Assembly: GCA_963748265.1 (NCBI GenBank)
Contig: CAVVIG010000007.1
Location: forward strand, 63,229-127,228
Direction of reading: 5' to 3'
Source: an uncultured Acidobacteriota bacterium
Lineage (GTDB): Bacteria; Acidobacteriota; Vicinamibacteria; Vicinamibacterales; CAVVIG01
Length of the DNA: 64,000 nucleotides
Shown: in pieces, positions 40,345 to 50,381 of the stretch
Numbering within the stretch: the stretch's first letter is position 1
Layout of the letters: each line of letters opens with the position of its first letter
Position numbers and translations under genes: made by a program
Notes under the pieces: model-generated
What the model saw: only the letters and a program-made list of their open reading frames with translations
What the model was told of the DNA's origin: nothing
Database searches by the model: none

Positions 40345-42686
40345 ACCGGCTCCACCCGCTCGATGAGCGCGAACAGTTTCTCAGGACTCTGGGGAATCTC
40401 GAGGATCTCGACGCCGAGATCGTCGAGCGCGTCCTCGACGGCCTGAGCAAACGCCGCGCCGGTCGGTATGCAGCCGGCCTCTCCAACGCCCTTGAGGCCG
40501 ACCGGATTGAACGGCGACGGCGTCTCGCGATGATCGGTTTCGATCGGAGGGACGTCGGTCGCCGTGGGCAGCAGGTAATCCATCAGCGACGCGTTCATCA
40601 GCTGTCCCTGCTCGTCGTACACCAGCTGCTCGTAGAACGCGTTGCCGATCCCGTGCGCCACCCCGCCGTGGATCTGCCCCTCGACCAGCAGCGGGTTGAT
40701 CATGGTGCCGCAGTCGTGCACGACGACGTAGCGCTTCACCTGCACCATCGCGGTCTCTGCGTCGACCTCGACGATGATCGCGTGGACGCCGCTGGCGGTG
40801 CTGCCGCGATCGGGACCGAAGTACGCGGTGCTCTCGAGGCCGGGTTCCGAGCCGGGACGGACCGCCCCACGCAGCGGGTTGGCACGTCTGGCAAGGTCGC
40901 CAAGCGAGTACCCACGGTCAGGCTCTCCGTCCACGTACACGCGCCCACCCTCGAGCCGAAGCCGGTCGACGCCGACTCCAAGCAACTGGCCCGCGAGCGC
41001 GAGCGCCTTCACCCTGACCGCAGACGCGGCCGCGTGACAGGCGCTGCCGGCGACGACGGCGCCGCGGCTGGCAAACGTGCCGGTTCCCCACTGGAACTCG
41101 CGCGTGTCACCGGTGACGACGCGGACGCCCGACACGTCGACGCCGAGCACTTCGGCCACGATCTGCGCGAAGACGGTGTAGTGCCCCTGCCCCTGCGTGC
41201 CGACGCCGGTGGCTACGCGCACCTGCCCGCTCGGCTCCACGGTGACGCGGGCCCCCTCGTACGGGCCAATGCCCGTTCCCTCGACGTAGCAGACGATGCC
41301 GAGTCCGACCCGCCTGCCTTCGGCGCGGAGCCGCGCCTTCTCCTGCTCGAACTGCTCGTAGCCGATCATTTCCGCCGCCCGCTCCAGCACCGGGAGATAG
41401 TTGCCGCTGTCGTACACGAGCGGGGCCGAATCCTGGAACATGATCCCGTGGTTGTGCGGGAAGCGATCGGCCGAGAGCAGGTTGCGCCTGCGGATCTCCA
41501 CGCGGTCGATCTGCAGCTCCCGCGCGGCGATGTCGAGCAGCCGCTCGCTGACGAAGACGCCGTGCTGGCGTCCCGCGCCGCGCACGGGTGTCACGATCGG
41601 CTTGTTGGTGAAGACCGCCGTGAAGCGGCTGTCGTAGTTCGGGATGTCGTAGGGTCCGAGCAGCGTGCACTGCGTGTTGATCGGGATCGTCAGGCCGTAC
41701 GGGTCGTAGGCACCCGTGTCGAACAGGAAATGGTCGCGGACGCCGAGAATCCGGCCGTCGCGCGTGAGCGCCATCTCCGCGTCGTGTACCTGCCCGCGCT
41801 CCTGCGTCGTCGCGTAGAAGTTCTCGCGCCGGTCCTCGGTCCACTTCACGGGACGGCCGATCCGCATCGCCGCCCAGGGAACGACCAGTTCCTCCGGGTA
41901 GAACATCATGATCTTGGGTCCGAAGCCGCCGCCGACGAACGGCGCGACGACCCGTACCTGCGATTCGAGCAGGCCGAGCCGTGCGGCCATCCCGTTGCGG
42001 ATGGGAATCGGCGCCTGCGTCGTGTCCCAGATCGTCAGCTCCTCGGCAAGGCGGTCCCACTGCGCGACGACGGCGCGGTTCTCGATGGCCGCCGATGCGC
42101 CGCGGTCGTACAGGAACCGCCGCGAGACGAGCAGATCCGCCGTCGCGCGGGCCGCCGCGTAGTCCCCCTTGCCCTGCTCGACGAGCGCCGCGACGTTCGA
42201 GGTGAGGTCCTCATGCACCAGCGGCGCGCCGTGCACCAGGGCCGCTTCGAGATCGACCGCCACGTCGAGCGGCTCGACATCCACCAGGACATCGCGTGCG
42301 GCATCCTCCGCTACGTAGCGGTTCTCGGCGATGACCACGGCGACCGGCTCGCCTACGTACCGCACCTTCCCGCGCGCCAGCGCAAGGTGCGTGCGCGCGT
42401 GGAACACGAGGCCGGCAATGGGAGGCGGGGGCACGAGGAGCGGCGCAGGCTGAAGATACTCGCCAAGATCGTCGGCGGTGAACACCGCGACCACGCCGGG
42501 CCGTTCGCGGGCGGCCGAGACGTCGACCTGCAGGAGGCGTCCGTGCGCGTAGTCGCTGCGCACGAACGCCGCGTGCAGCATGCCTGGCAGCTGCACATCG
42601 TCCACGAAGCGGGCGCGTCCCGTCAGCAGGCGCGCGTCTTCGTTCCGGCGGACGCGCGCGTTAAGGTAGCGGTGTTCGGCCGGCAC
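40341..42686 (-). CDS. Molybdenum hydroxylase large subunit (CoxL/XdhB-like, not form I CODH)
   Basis: EDARLLTG, VGGGFGPK, TPVRGAGR, QGQGH, GTFASR, GQIHGG, KGVGEAG. Confidence 0.92.
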   Translation of the reverse strand: MPAEHRYLNARVRRNEDARLLTGRARFVDDVQLPGMLHAAFVRSDYAHGRLLQVDVSAARERPGVVAVFTADDLGEYLQPAPLLVPPPPIAGLVFHARTHLALARGKVRYVGEPVAVVIAENRYVAEDAARDVLVDVEPLDVAVDLEAALVHGAPLVHEDLTSNVAALVEQGKGDYAAARATADLLVSRRFLYDRGASAAIENRAVVAQWDRLAEELTIWDTTQAPIPIRNGMAARLGLLESQVRVVAPFVGGGFGPKIMMFYPEELVVPWAAMRIGRPVKWTEDRRENFYATTQERGQVHDAEMALTRDGRILGVRDHFLFDTGAYDPYGLTIPINTQCTLLGPYDIPNYDSRFTAVFTNKPIVTPVRGAGRQHGVFVSERLLDIAARELQIDRVEIRRRNLLSADRFPHNHGIMFQDSAPLVYDSGNYLPVLERAAEMIGYEQFEQEKARLRAEGRRVGLGIVCYVEGTGIGPYEGARVTVEPSGQVRVATGVGTQGQGHYTVFAQIVAEVLGVDVSGVRVVTGDTREFQWGTGTFASRGAVVAGSACHAAASAVRVKALALAGQLLGVGVDRLRLEGGRVYVDGEPDRGYSLGDLARRANPLRGAVRPGSEPGLESTAYFGPDRGSTASGVHAIIVEVDAETAMVQVKRYVVVHDCGTMINPLLVEGQIHGGVAHGIGNAFYEQLVYDEQGQLMNASLMDYLLPTATDVPPIETDHRETPSPFNPVGLKGVGEAGCIPTGAAFAQAVEDALDDLGVEILEIPQSPEKLFALIERVEPV

Positions 42687-43129
42687 GTATCACCGCCTCG
42701 ACGATGTGCTGATAGCCGGTGCAGCGGCACAGGTTTGCTGACAGCGCATCCCGAACCTGCACTTCGGTGGGCGATTGCGTTTCGGCGAGGAAGGCCGTCA
42801 GCGTCATCAGCATGCCCGGCGTGCAGAACCCGCACTGCAGCGCGTGGGCGTCTCGAAAGGCCTCCTGAAGCGGGCTCAGCGCACCATCAGATCCAGACAA
42901 GCCCTCCACGGTGCGCACGCGATGACCGCCGGCCTGGACCGCGAACATGATGCACGAACGCGCCGGCTCGATCGTCAAAGAGGATCGTGCACGCGCCGCA
43001 GACACCGTGCTCGCACCCGACGTGAGTGCCCGTGAGGCCCAGTTCCACGCGGAGAAAGTCGCTCAGGAGCAGGCGCGGCTCCACCTCGCGCTCGTAGACG
43101 ATGTCGTTGACGGTCAGGGTGACTTTCAT
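42661..43129 (-). CDS. 2Fe-2S small subunit (CoxS-like; +1 frameshift ~42970)
   Basis: GCEHGVCGACT, SC, QCGFCTPG, NLCRCTGY. Confidence 0.9.
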
Positions 43130-44592
43130 GCGACCTTGGGGCGCTCGCGCGGCATCAGGAGGAGGTACAGGCCGAAGGCAATCGCGAAGGTCACGAACCA
43201 CGCGTAGGTATAGAGGACGTCGAACACGCCCGGATCGGTCACCTGTCCACCGGGTGTCGTCGCGGCCCGCACGAACCCCGGCACCACCGGCACGATCGCC
43301 AGGGTAAGCGCAAGCATCGCCCGCCTGTTGATACCACCGGTGTACGCGTAACGTCCGGTGAGACTGAAGAGATCGGCGACGGCGAGCTGCCGGTTCCGGA
43401 TCACCCAGTAGTCCGCGATGAGGATGCCGCCGATCGCGCCCATCAGGCTCGAGTAGCCAACGAGCCACGTGAAGATGTACGCGGCCGCGTCGGCGTACAG
43501 ACGCCACGGCATCATCAGGACGCCAATCGCCGCGGTAATGAGGCCGCCGGTCACGTAGCTGATGCGGCGCGGTGCGAGGCTCGAGAAGTCGTTGGCGGGC
43601 GACACCACGTTCGCGGCCATGTTCGTCGTGAGTTGGGCGAGCATGACGACGAGCGCACCGAAGATGATCGCCGGCAGGCTGCCGATCCGCGCGATCAGCA
43701 CCACCGGATCCCAGATGGGCTCGCCGAACACGACGATCGTAGCGCTCGTGACGGCGACCCCCGTGAACGCGAACGCGGTCATCGTCGTCGGCAGGCCGAG
43801 GGCCTGGCCGAGGGCCTGCGACCGCTGGCTTTGCGCGTACCGCGTAAAGTCCGGGATGTTGAGGCTCAACGTCGCCCAGTAGCCGACGTTTGCGGTCAGC
43901 GCCGACGGAAAGAGCTGCCAGAACGGGGTCTGCGACGTCCGCATCCGTGAGGACTCGCTGAGGATATGCCCGAGGCCGCCGCCCGCGCGGATCGCCCAGA
44001 TCAGCAGGATCGCTCCCCCACCGAGGAGCAGCGGTGCGGCCCATCCTTCCAGCTTCTTGATCCCCTCGAGTCCGGTGACGATGAGCCAGACCTGCACCAG
44101 CCAGAACGCCGCGAAGGACAGCCATATCCCCGACGGCATGCTGCTCCATGCCGGCCACGCGGCGACGATCAGCGTGTTGAGTGCAAGGCCGCCGATCCAG
44201 GTCTGAATGCCGAACCACCCGCACGCGACCAGTGCGCGCAGGACGGCCGGCACGTTGGCGCCCCTGACGCCGAAGGCCGCCCGACAGAGGACCGGGAACG
44301 ACACGCCGTACTTGGTGCCGGCATGCGCGTTCAGGATCATCGGCACCAGCACGATGACGTTGCCGAGCAGAATCGTGAGCATCGCCTGCCACCACGTCAT
44401 GCCCTGTTGCATCAGGCCGGACGCGAGCGTGTAGGTGGTGATGACCACGCTCATGCCGATCCAGAGCGCGGCGATGTGGTAGGTGGTCCAGGTGCGGCGA
44501 GCGGCCGAGGTCGGCGCGAGGTCTGGATTCCAGAGCGGGCTGTCCGAGAGGTCGCCTACCTGTAAGGCCGCATCGCGGGTCATCGGGGCCAT
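43126..44592 (-). CDS. NCS1 nucleobase:cation symporter (uracil/allantoin permease family)
   Basis: LWIGM, GTKYGVSFPV, ACGWFGIQTWIGG, WATLSLNIPDFTRY, NMAANVVSPAND. Confidence 0.92.
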   Translation of the reverse strand: MAPMTRDAALQVGDLSDSPLWNPDLAPTSAARRTWTTYHIAALWIGMSVVITTYTLASGLMQQGMTWWQAMLTILLGNVIVLVPMILNAHAGTKYGVSFPVLCRAAFGVRGANVPAVLRALVACGWFGIQTWIGGLALNTLIVAAWPAWSSMPSGIWLSFAAFWLVQVWLIVTGLEGIKKLEGWAAPLLLGGGAILLIWAIRAGGGLGHILSESSRMRTSQTPFWQLFPSALTANVGYWATLSLNIPDFTRYAQSQRSQALGQALGLPTTMTAFAFTGVAVTSATIVVFGEPIWDPVVLIARIGSLPAIIFGALVVMLAQLTTNMAANVVSPANDFSSLAPRRISYVTGGLITAAIGVLMMPWRLYADAAAYIFTWLVGYSSLMGAIGGILIADYWVIRNRQLAVADLFSLTGRYAYTGGINRRAMLALTLAIVPVVPGFVRAATTPGGQVTDPGVFDVLYTYAWFVTFAIAFGLYLLLMPRERPKVA

Positions 44593-44719
44593 GTGGTGAG
44601 CCGGGTCCGGCGAATCGTAGCAGAGTCTGCGTCAGGTCTACCTCGGCAGCTGCGCGTAACGCAGACCCCGACTGCACAGAATGCGGACAGCTCATCAGCA
44701 TCTCCGCCGTATTCTTTTG

Positions 44720-44735
44720 CGGCACCAACCTTGCC
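44720..44735 (+). promoter_or_regulatory. Putative sigma54 (-24/-12) promoter
   Basis: CGGCAC-CAACC-TTGC with exact GG-N10-GC spacing, ~50 bp upstream of the CBM gene. Confidence 0.6.
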
Positions 44736-44786
44736 CCAACCTCGGGCGTCCCATCCGTTTTTCATACATCTCCAGGAGACCGACCG

Positions 44787-47700
44787 ATGCGACGACGAGC
44801 GTGGGTGTGTACGTGGTCGATGTGCGTGTTGCTGGCGGCCACGGCGCTGCCGGCGGACGCGGCCGACGAAGTGGTGCTGAACGCCGGTGACGTGACCACG
44901 CTGCGCGGAAGCCACTGGTCGCGCGCCTCGGACGGCGGCGCCGCAGGCGGCCAGAAGATCACCAGCGCGGATTACGGATGGCCGGCCACCGCCGCCCCCC
45001 TCGCGTCTCCCGACGATTACTTCGAGGTCTCCTTCAACGCCGACGCCGGCACGCCGTACCACGTGTGGGTGCGCATGCGCGCGGGTGGCGACTCCAAGTG
45101 GAACGACTCGGCCTGGGCCCAGTTCAACGACGCGGTGGCCGAGAACGGCTCGCCGCTTCACCGCATCGGAACGGGGTCGGGGCTGCTGCTGAACCTGGAG
45201 CGGTGCAGCGAGTGCGGAACCAGCGGCTGGGGCTGGGTCGACGGCGCGTACTGGCTTGGCCAGGCGTCCACCGTGCGTTTCGCGAGCAGCGGCACACACA
45301 CCATGCGGCTGCAGATCCGCGAGGACGGCGTCGAAGTGGATCAAATCGTCATCAGCCCGGGAAGCTGGCTGCACTCCGCCCCGGGCCAGCCGTACGGCGA
45401 CAGCACGATCGTCGCGCGTCCGCAGGGCGGCGGCGTGTCCGTCGCATCGGCGTACAGCGGTGGCGCTGTCGCATTGCCCGGCACATTCCAGGCCGAGGAG
45501 TTCGACGACGGCGGCGAAGGCGCCGGATATTCCGACTCGACCTCCGGGAACAACGGCGGCCAGTTCCGATGGACCGACGTCGACATCGAGCCGTCCTCGA
45601 ACGGCGGATACAACGTCGGGTGGATGGACGCCGGCGAGTGGCTCCGGTACTCCGTGACCGTCGCCTCGTCTGGTTCGCACGTGGTCCAGTTCCAGGTGGC
45701 ATCGTTCGGTCAGGGCGGGACATTCCATCTCGAGATGAACGGGAGCGACGTCACCGGCGCGATCACCATCCCCGACACCGGCGGATGGCAGTCGTGGGTG
45801 ACGCTCTCCCGCACGGTGAACCTCTCCGCTGGAGCGAATCGTGCCCGTCTCGTGATGGACAGCGGCGGCACGACCGCAGCCGGCAACATCGACTGGGTAC
45901 GCGTCACCGCGGGCTCGGGCGGCGGCTGGACCGGTCCCGCAAGCGGAACGCCGCAGCCGATTCCCGGCACCGTCGAAGCCGAACAGTTCGACGAAGGCGC
46001 TGAAGGGGCGGCGTATCACGACTCCACCGGCGGCAACAGCGGTGGCGTCCATCGCTCGACCGACGTCGATCTCGAGCCGGCGTCCGGCGGCGGCTACAAC
46101 GTCGGCTGGATCACGGCCGGTGAGTGGCTCCGCTACACGGTGAACGTCGCGAGCGCCGGCAGCTATGTCATGCAGGCCCGCGTCGCCTCGTTCGGCGCCG
46201 GCGGCCGGTTTCACGTCGAGGCGAATGGCGCCGATGTCAGCGGTCAAATCACCATTCCCGACACGGGCGCCTGGCAGAACTGGACGGTCGTCAGCGCGAA
46301 CGTTCAGCTCGCGGCCGGTCAGCAGACGCTCCGCATCGTGATCGACAGCGCAGAGAGCTACGCCGCCGGCAACATCGACCGCCTCCAGTTCACCGCGGGC
46401 AGCACGCCCACGCCACCGCCCACACCGACCGGAGGCATCATCACGGTGAACCCGGGCGAAAGCGTGCAGGCGGCGATCGATGCCGCAAGGCCGGGCGACA
46501 CCATCGTGCTGCAGCCGGGCGCGTGGTACGAGGGCGCCCTCATCCTGCGCTGGAAGTCGGGCGACGCGTTCATCACCATCAAGTCCGGCGCTCCGGACTG
46601 GGCGCTGCCGGGAGAGGGCGAACGCGTCGGGCCGCAGCACGCGTCGCAGCTCCCGAAGATCGTCGGCGGGCTCGCCGGCCTCCCCGCGATCATGACCGAC
46701 CTCGGCGCGCATCACTGGCGGCTCCAGAATCTCGAGCTCGTCGACACCTGGCCGTATGGCGACATCCTGGCACTGGGCGACGGCTCCTACGCGCAGCAAT
46801 CCTGGGGCGACATCGCGCACGACCTCGTCGTCGATCGCGTCTACATCCACGGCGTGTCCGGGCAGGAACAGAAGCGGGGCATCGCCCTCAACTCGGCGTC
46901 GACCACGATCGTGAACTCGTGGATCGGCGACATCCGGCTGACGAACGGCGACTCGCAGGCGATCGCAGGATGGAACGGGCCGGGCCCCTTCACCATCGTC
47001 AACAACTACCTCGAGGCGACCGGCGAGAACTTCCTGCTGGGTGGTTCCGATCCGCCGATCCAGGGCCTGGTGCCGTCCGACATCGTGCTCAAGCGCAACA
47101 CCTTCACGAAGCAGACCTCGTGGCGGTGGCAGGGCTACACGGTGAAAAACCTGATCGAGCTCAAGAACGCGCAGCGCGTGACCATCGAAGGCAACATCTT
47201 CGAGAACAACTGGAACGACGGACAGCCGGGTCACGCGATGATGCTCACGCCGCGCAACCAGGATGGCGCTGCGCCGTGGTCTGTCGTGCAGCAGATTCAG
47301 ATCACGAACAACGTATTCCGGCACGTCGCGGGCGTGCTGAATATCCTCGGCACGGACTATCGCTACACGACGAGGCCGCTGACCGACGTTACCTTCCGCA
47401 ACAACCTGGTCTACGACCTGAGTGCTGCGAACTGGGGCGGGGCCGCCCAGCTGATTCTTACGAGCGGCGGCACGAACATCACGCTCGACCACAACACGGT
47501 GTTCACCGACGGCACGTCCGTCATCTATGCGGATGGTGACCAGGTGAACGGCTTCGTGTTCACCAACAACATCGTGCCGGACAACCTGTGGGGTGTGATG
47601 GGCGCGGCCGAATCCGAAGGCAACGGGACGCTGTCCCGATTCTTCCCGAACGCGACGTTCCAGCGGAACGTGATCATCGGCGGGCAGCCTGCGCTCTATC

Positions 47701-47867
47701 CGAGCAACAACTACTTCCCTGCCTCGATCAACCAGGTGGGCTTCGTGGATCCCTCGAACAACTTCCGTCTCAGTACGGCCAGCCCGTATCTGAACTTCGG
47801 TACCGACGGGAAGGCCATCGGCGCGGACATCGCGGCCATCAACGCCGCCGCGGGCACCAGCTACTAG
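44787..47867 (+). CDS. Large secreted protein: carbohydrate-binding modules (2x CBM6-like) plus right-handed beta-helix domain
   Basis: Signal peptide; duplicated 'PGTxxAExFDxGxEGxxYxDST...GGYNVGW..AGEWLRY...PDTGxWQxW'; then SVQAAIDAARPGDTIVL and beta-helix repeats (VKNLIELKNA). Confidence 0.85.
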   Translation: MRRRAWVCTWSMCVLLAATALPADAADEVVLNAGDVTTLRGSHWSRASDGGAAGGQKITSADYGWPATAAPLASPDDYFEVSFNADAGTPYHVWVRMRAGGDSKWNDSAWAQFNDAVAENGSPLHRIGTGSGLLLNLERCSECGTSGWGWVDGAYWLGQASTVRFASSGTHTMRLQIREDGVEVDQIVISPGSWLHSAPGQPYGDSTIVARPQGGGVSVASAYSGGAVALPGTFQAEEFDDGGEGAGYSDSTSGNNGGQFRWTDVDIEPSSNGGYNVGWMDAGEWLRYSVTVASSGSHVVQFQVASFGQGGTFHLEMNGSDVTGAITIPDTGGWQSWVTLSRTVNLSAGANRARLVMDSGGTTAAGNIDWVRVTAGSGGGWTGPASGTPQPIPGTVEAEQFDEGAEGAAYHDSTGGNSGGVHRSTDVDLEPASGGGYNVGWITAGEWLRYTVNVASAGSYVMQARVASFGAGGRFHVEANGADVSGQITIPDTGAWQNWTVVSANVQLAAGQQTLRIVIDSAESYAAGNIDRLQFTAGSTPTPPPTPTGGIITVNPGESVQAAIDAARPGDTIVLQPGAWYEGALILRWKSGDAFITIKSGAPDWALPGEGERVGPQHASQLPKIVGGLAGLPAIMTDLGAHHWRLQNLELVDTWPYGDILALGDGSYAQQSWGDIAHDLVVDRVYIHGVSGQEQKRGIALNSASTTIVNSWIGDIRLTNGDSQAIAGWNGPGPFTIVNNYLEATGENFLLGGSDPPIQGLVPSDIVLKRNTFTKQTSWRWQGYTVKNLIELKNAQRVTIEGNIFENNWNDGQPGHAMMLTPRNQDGAAPWSVVQQIQITNNVFRHVAGVLNILGTDYRYTTRPLTDVTFRNNLVYDLSAANWGGAAQLILTSGGTNITLDHNTVFTDGTSVIYADGDQVNGFVFTNNIVPDNLWGVMGAAESEGNGTLSRFFPNATFQRNVIIGGQPALYPSNNYFPASINQVGFVDPSNNFRLSTASPYLNFGTDGKAIGADIAAINAAAGTSY

Positions 47868-47888
47868 CAGCGGCCGCCCGCTGCGCGT

Positions 47889-48272
47889 TCATGCGCGCGG
47901 TGCGTGCGGCAGACGGCAGGTCGTCGACCGGTGCCGCGCGACATAACGATAGACCCGGCGTCCCAGCCACGGGACGCCGGGCACGTAGAGGAACGGCATC
48001 GCCGGCCAGAGTGCGGGGACGACGTGCGAGAGCGTGCGGAAGCCGTCGAAGCCGGCGGTCACTGATCGATCCGGCGCGATGACGTGCATCTCGGCCAGGC
48101 ACGCCTCGAGGTCGAGCGACGGGTGTTCGCGCGACAGGCGTTCCCACTCGGCGTTGACGTCGGTGAATCGGAGCCGATCGCGCACAGCGACCCGGCGCAG
48201 CCACCTCACCGTGCGGTTGCACAGACCGCAACCGCCGTCGAAGAGCACCTCGAAGATCGCCGGGGCCGGCAT
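47889..48272 (-). CDS. DCC1-like thiol-disulfide oxidoreductase (DUF393)
   Basis: FDGGCGLC (DxxCxxC); YRYVARHR. Confidence 0.85.
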   Translation of the reverse strand: MPAPAIFEVLFDGGCGLCNRTVRWLRRVAVRDRLRFTDVNAEWERLSREHPSLDLEACLAEMHVIAPDRSVTAGFDGFRTLSHVVPALWPAMPFLYVPGVPWLGRRVYRYVARHRSTTCRLPHAPRA

Positions 48273-48275
48273 GCC

Positions 48276-50156
48276 TCAATGGTAGCGCGCGGCTGGCGGA
48301 TCGGCGCTCGGCTCCACCTCATCGAGCAGTTCCGTCGCCAGTTCCCGGTAAACCGGGCTGGTGCCGAGCAGCGCATCGTGCGTGCCCTGCGCGACGACGG
48401 TGCCCGCGTCGAGAACGAGGATGCGGTCCGCGTCCTTCACTGTGGACAGCCTGTGCGCGATGACGAACGTCGTCCGGCCCTGCCGCAACTCGGTGAGCGC
48501 CCGGACGATCGTCCGCTCCGCGAGCGTATCGAGCGCAGCGGTCGGCTCGTCGAGAACGAGGATCGGCGCGTCCTTCAGGAAGGCGCGCGCGATGCTGACG
48601 CGCTGACGTTCCCCGCCTGACACGCGGTTTCCGTTGCCGAGCGGCGCGTCGAGCCCCTGCAGCGTGCCGTCCGCGAGGTTCTCGCAGTGCGCGGCCCGCG
48701 CGGCGAGCATGACCTCGTGCGCGGTTGCGTCCAGACGACCGTACTGGATGTTCTCGCCGACCGAGCCCTCGAAGACGACCGCCTCCTGCGGCACCGAGGC
48801 AATCTGCTCCCTCAGCGCGCGGATCTTGAAGCGTCGGACGTCGGTGCCGTCAATCAGCACGCGCCCGCTAGCCGGCTCGCGGAATCGTCCGAGCAGGCTG
48901 ACGAGAGTCGACTTGCCAGCGCCCGATCGACCGACCAGGGCCACCGTCTCGCCCGGGTGGACGTCGATGCTCACGCGATTGAGCACCGGCACTCCCGGTC
49001 CGTAGGCAAACGACACGTCCTCGAAGCGCACGGCGCCGCGGAACCGCACCGGCGCAATCGCCACGTCGTCGTCGCGGTCCTCACGCGGCAGGACGAAGAG
49101 CTCGCGCACCCGCTGCGCGCTCGCGAGCGCATCTTGAAGCGATGTACTGGCGGCTGCGATCGTGGCCAACGGACCGTACATGAATCCCAGATATGCGATG
49201 GCGACGAGCAGCGTGCCGACCGTCAGGGTGCCATCGAGCACATGGAGGCCGCCAATCGCCACGACGAGGGCGGCACCTGAGGCCAGAATCGCACCGACGG
49301 CAAACGTGAAGATCGACCCGACACGCACGCTGTCCATCTGCTCGCGCACCACATCAGCCGCGGCACTGCGAAAGCGCGCGAGTTCGTAGTCCTCGCGGGC
49401 GAACGCCTTGACCAGGCGGATGCTGCTCAGGCTTTCGGCGAGCCGGCCGATCGTCGTCGACTCGAGCGCCCGGGCGCGAGCCGCGTGCGTCGGCGTTTCC
49501 GACATCTGCCGTCGGAGGGCGACGAACAGGAACGGCAGCACCGCAAATGCCGCGATCGCCAGCATGGCATCCAGCCGCACCAGGATGATGAAGAGCACGA
49601 CGAGCGTCAGCGCCGAGAAGGCCGCCGGGAACAGGCTGCGCAACACCAGGTTCTCGAGACACGCCGCGTCGGATTCGATCCGCGAGACCGCGTGGGCGGT
49701 CGGCGCCTGCTCGTGGTGCGCAAGCGGGAGGAACTGCAGGTGCGTGAAGAGACGCGATCGGAGGTCGAACACCATGCGCCGGCCGAGCCGCGCCTGCATG
49801 CGCGAGTGAACAAGCAGCACGACCTCGTGCGACACGAGCAGAACGAAGCCGGCGGCGACGAGGGTCAGCAGCTCGGCTGATGGTGATTGTGCCGATACGA
49901 GCCGGACGACGGCTCTGCCGCCCGACGCGAGCAGGTTCACGATGGCCGCGAGCGGCCAGGGCACAAGCGCACGCAAGGCGACCTCGGCGACCGACAGGGC
50001 GGCGAGACCCGCGGCCCCGGCCCGGTACGGTGCGAGCGATGACAGCGTCCAGCGAAGGGTGCGACCGTCGGGCGTCAACGTTGGATTGGTGCGGCCTTCA
50101 CGCGGCGGGTGTCCGGGCGCTCGCGTAGCCGTGTAGGCGAGCGTTCTGCTGCACAA
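48276..50156 (-). CDS. ABC exporter, fused permease/ATPase (start uncertain; TTG 50078 possible)
   Basis: TM domain; GRSGAGKST, VSGGERQ, LVLDEPT, IAHRLST. Confidence 0.9.
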   Translation of the reverse strand: MCSRTLAYTATRAPGHPPREGRTNPTLTPDGRTLRWTLSSLAPYRAGAAGLAALSVAEVALRALVPWPLAAIVNLLASGGRAVVRLVSAQSPSAELLTLVAAGFVLLVSHEVVLLVHSRMQARLGRRMVFDLRSRLFTHLQFLPLAHHEQAPTAHAVSRIESDAACLENLVLRSLFPAAFSALTLVVLFIILVRLDAMLAIAAFAVLPFLFVALRRQMSETPTHAARARALESTTIGRLAESLSSIRLVKAFAREDYELARFRSAAADVVREQMDSVRVGSIFTFAVGAILASGAALVVAIGGLHVLDGTLTVGTLLVAIAYLGFMYGPLATIAAASTSLQDALASAQRVRELFVLPREDRDDDVAIAPVRFRGAVRFEDVSFAYGPGVPVLNRVSIDVHPGETVALVGRSGAGKSTLVSLLGRFREPASGRVLIDGTDVRRFKIRALREQIASVPQEAVVFEGSVGENIQYGRLDATAHEVMLAARAAHCENLADGTLQGLDAPLGNGNRVSGGERQRVSIARAFLKDAPILVLDEPTAALDTLAERTIVRALTELRQGRTTFVIAHRLSTVKDADRILVLDAGTVVAQGTHDALLGTSPVYRELATELLDEVEPSADPPAARYH

Positions 50157-50282
50157 CTCAGCACGAGATCGTCTGACGCGACACCATGCGACCTGATATG
50201 GCTGACGCGGTTCCGCGACCGTGCCGCTCGCGCGGCTTCAGGGCAGCGAAGTCGAGCAGTTGCATAGGGCGGCGCGCGTTGG

Positions 50283-50298
50283 TGCAAGCACGAGGCCA
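50283..50298 (-). promoter_or_regulatory. Putative sigma54 promoter for ABC exporter
   Basis: Minus strand TGGCCT-CGTGC-TTGCA. Confidence 0.55.
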
Positions 50299-50300
50299 CT

Positions 50301-50316
50301 CGGCATCAACGTTGCT
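50301..50316 (+). promoter_or_regulatory. Putative sigma54 promoter for GT4
   Basis: CGGCAT-CAACG-TTGCT. Confidence 0.6.
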
Positions 50317-50381
50317 CGTACCGTCGCAGACGATATACCGACCGACAGCAGCGCGACGCGGAAACATCGCGGACCTACTTT

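Noticed and set aside
38996..43129. Aerobic CO dehydrogenase (coxMSL)
   Set aside because: The large subunit lacks the AYxCSFR Cu-ligand loop, the gene order differs, and the context is a nucleobase permease and hydrolases.
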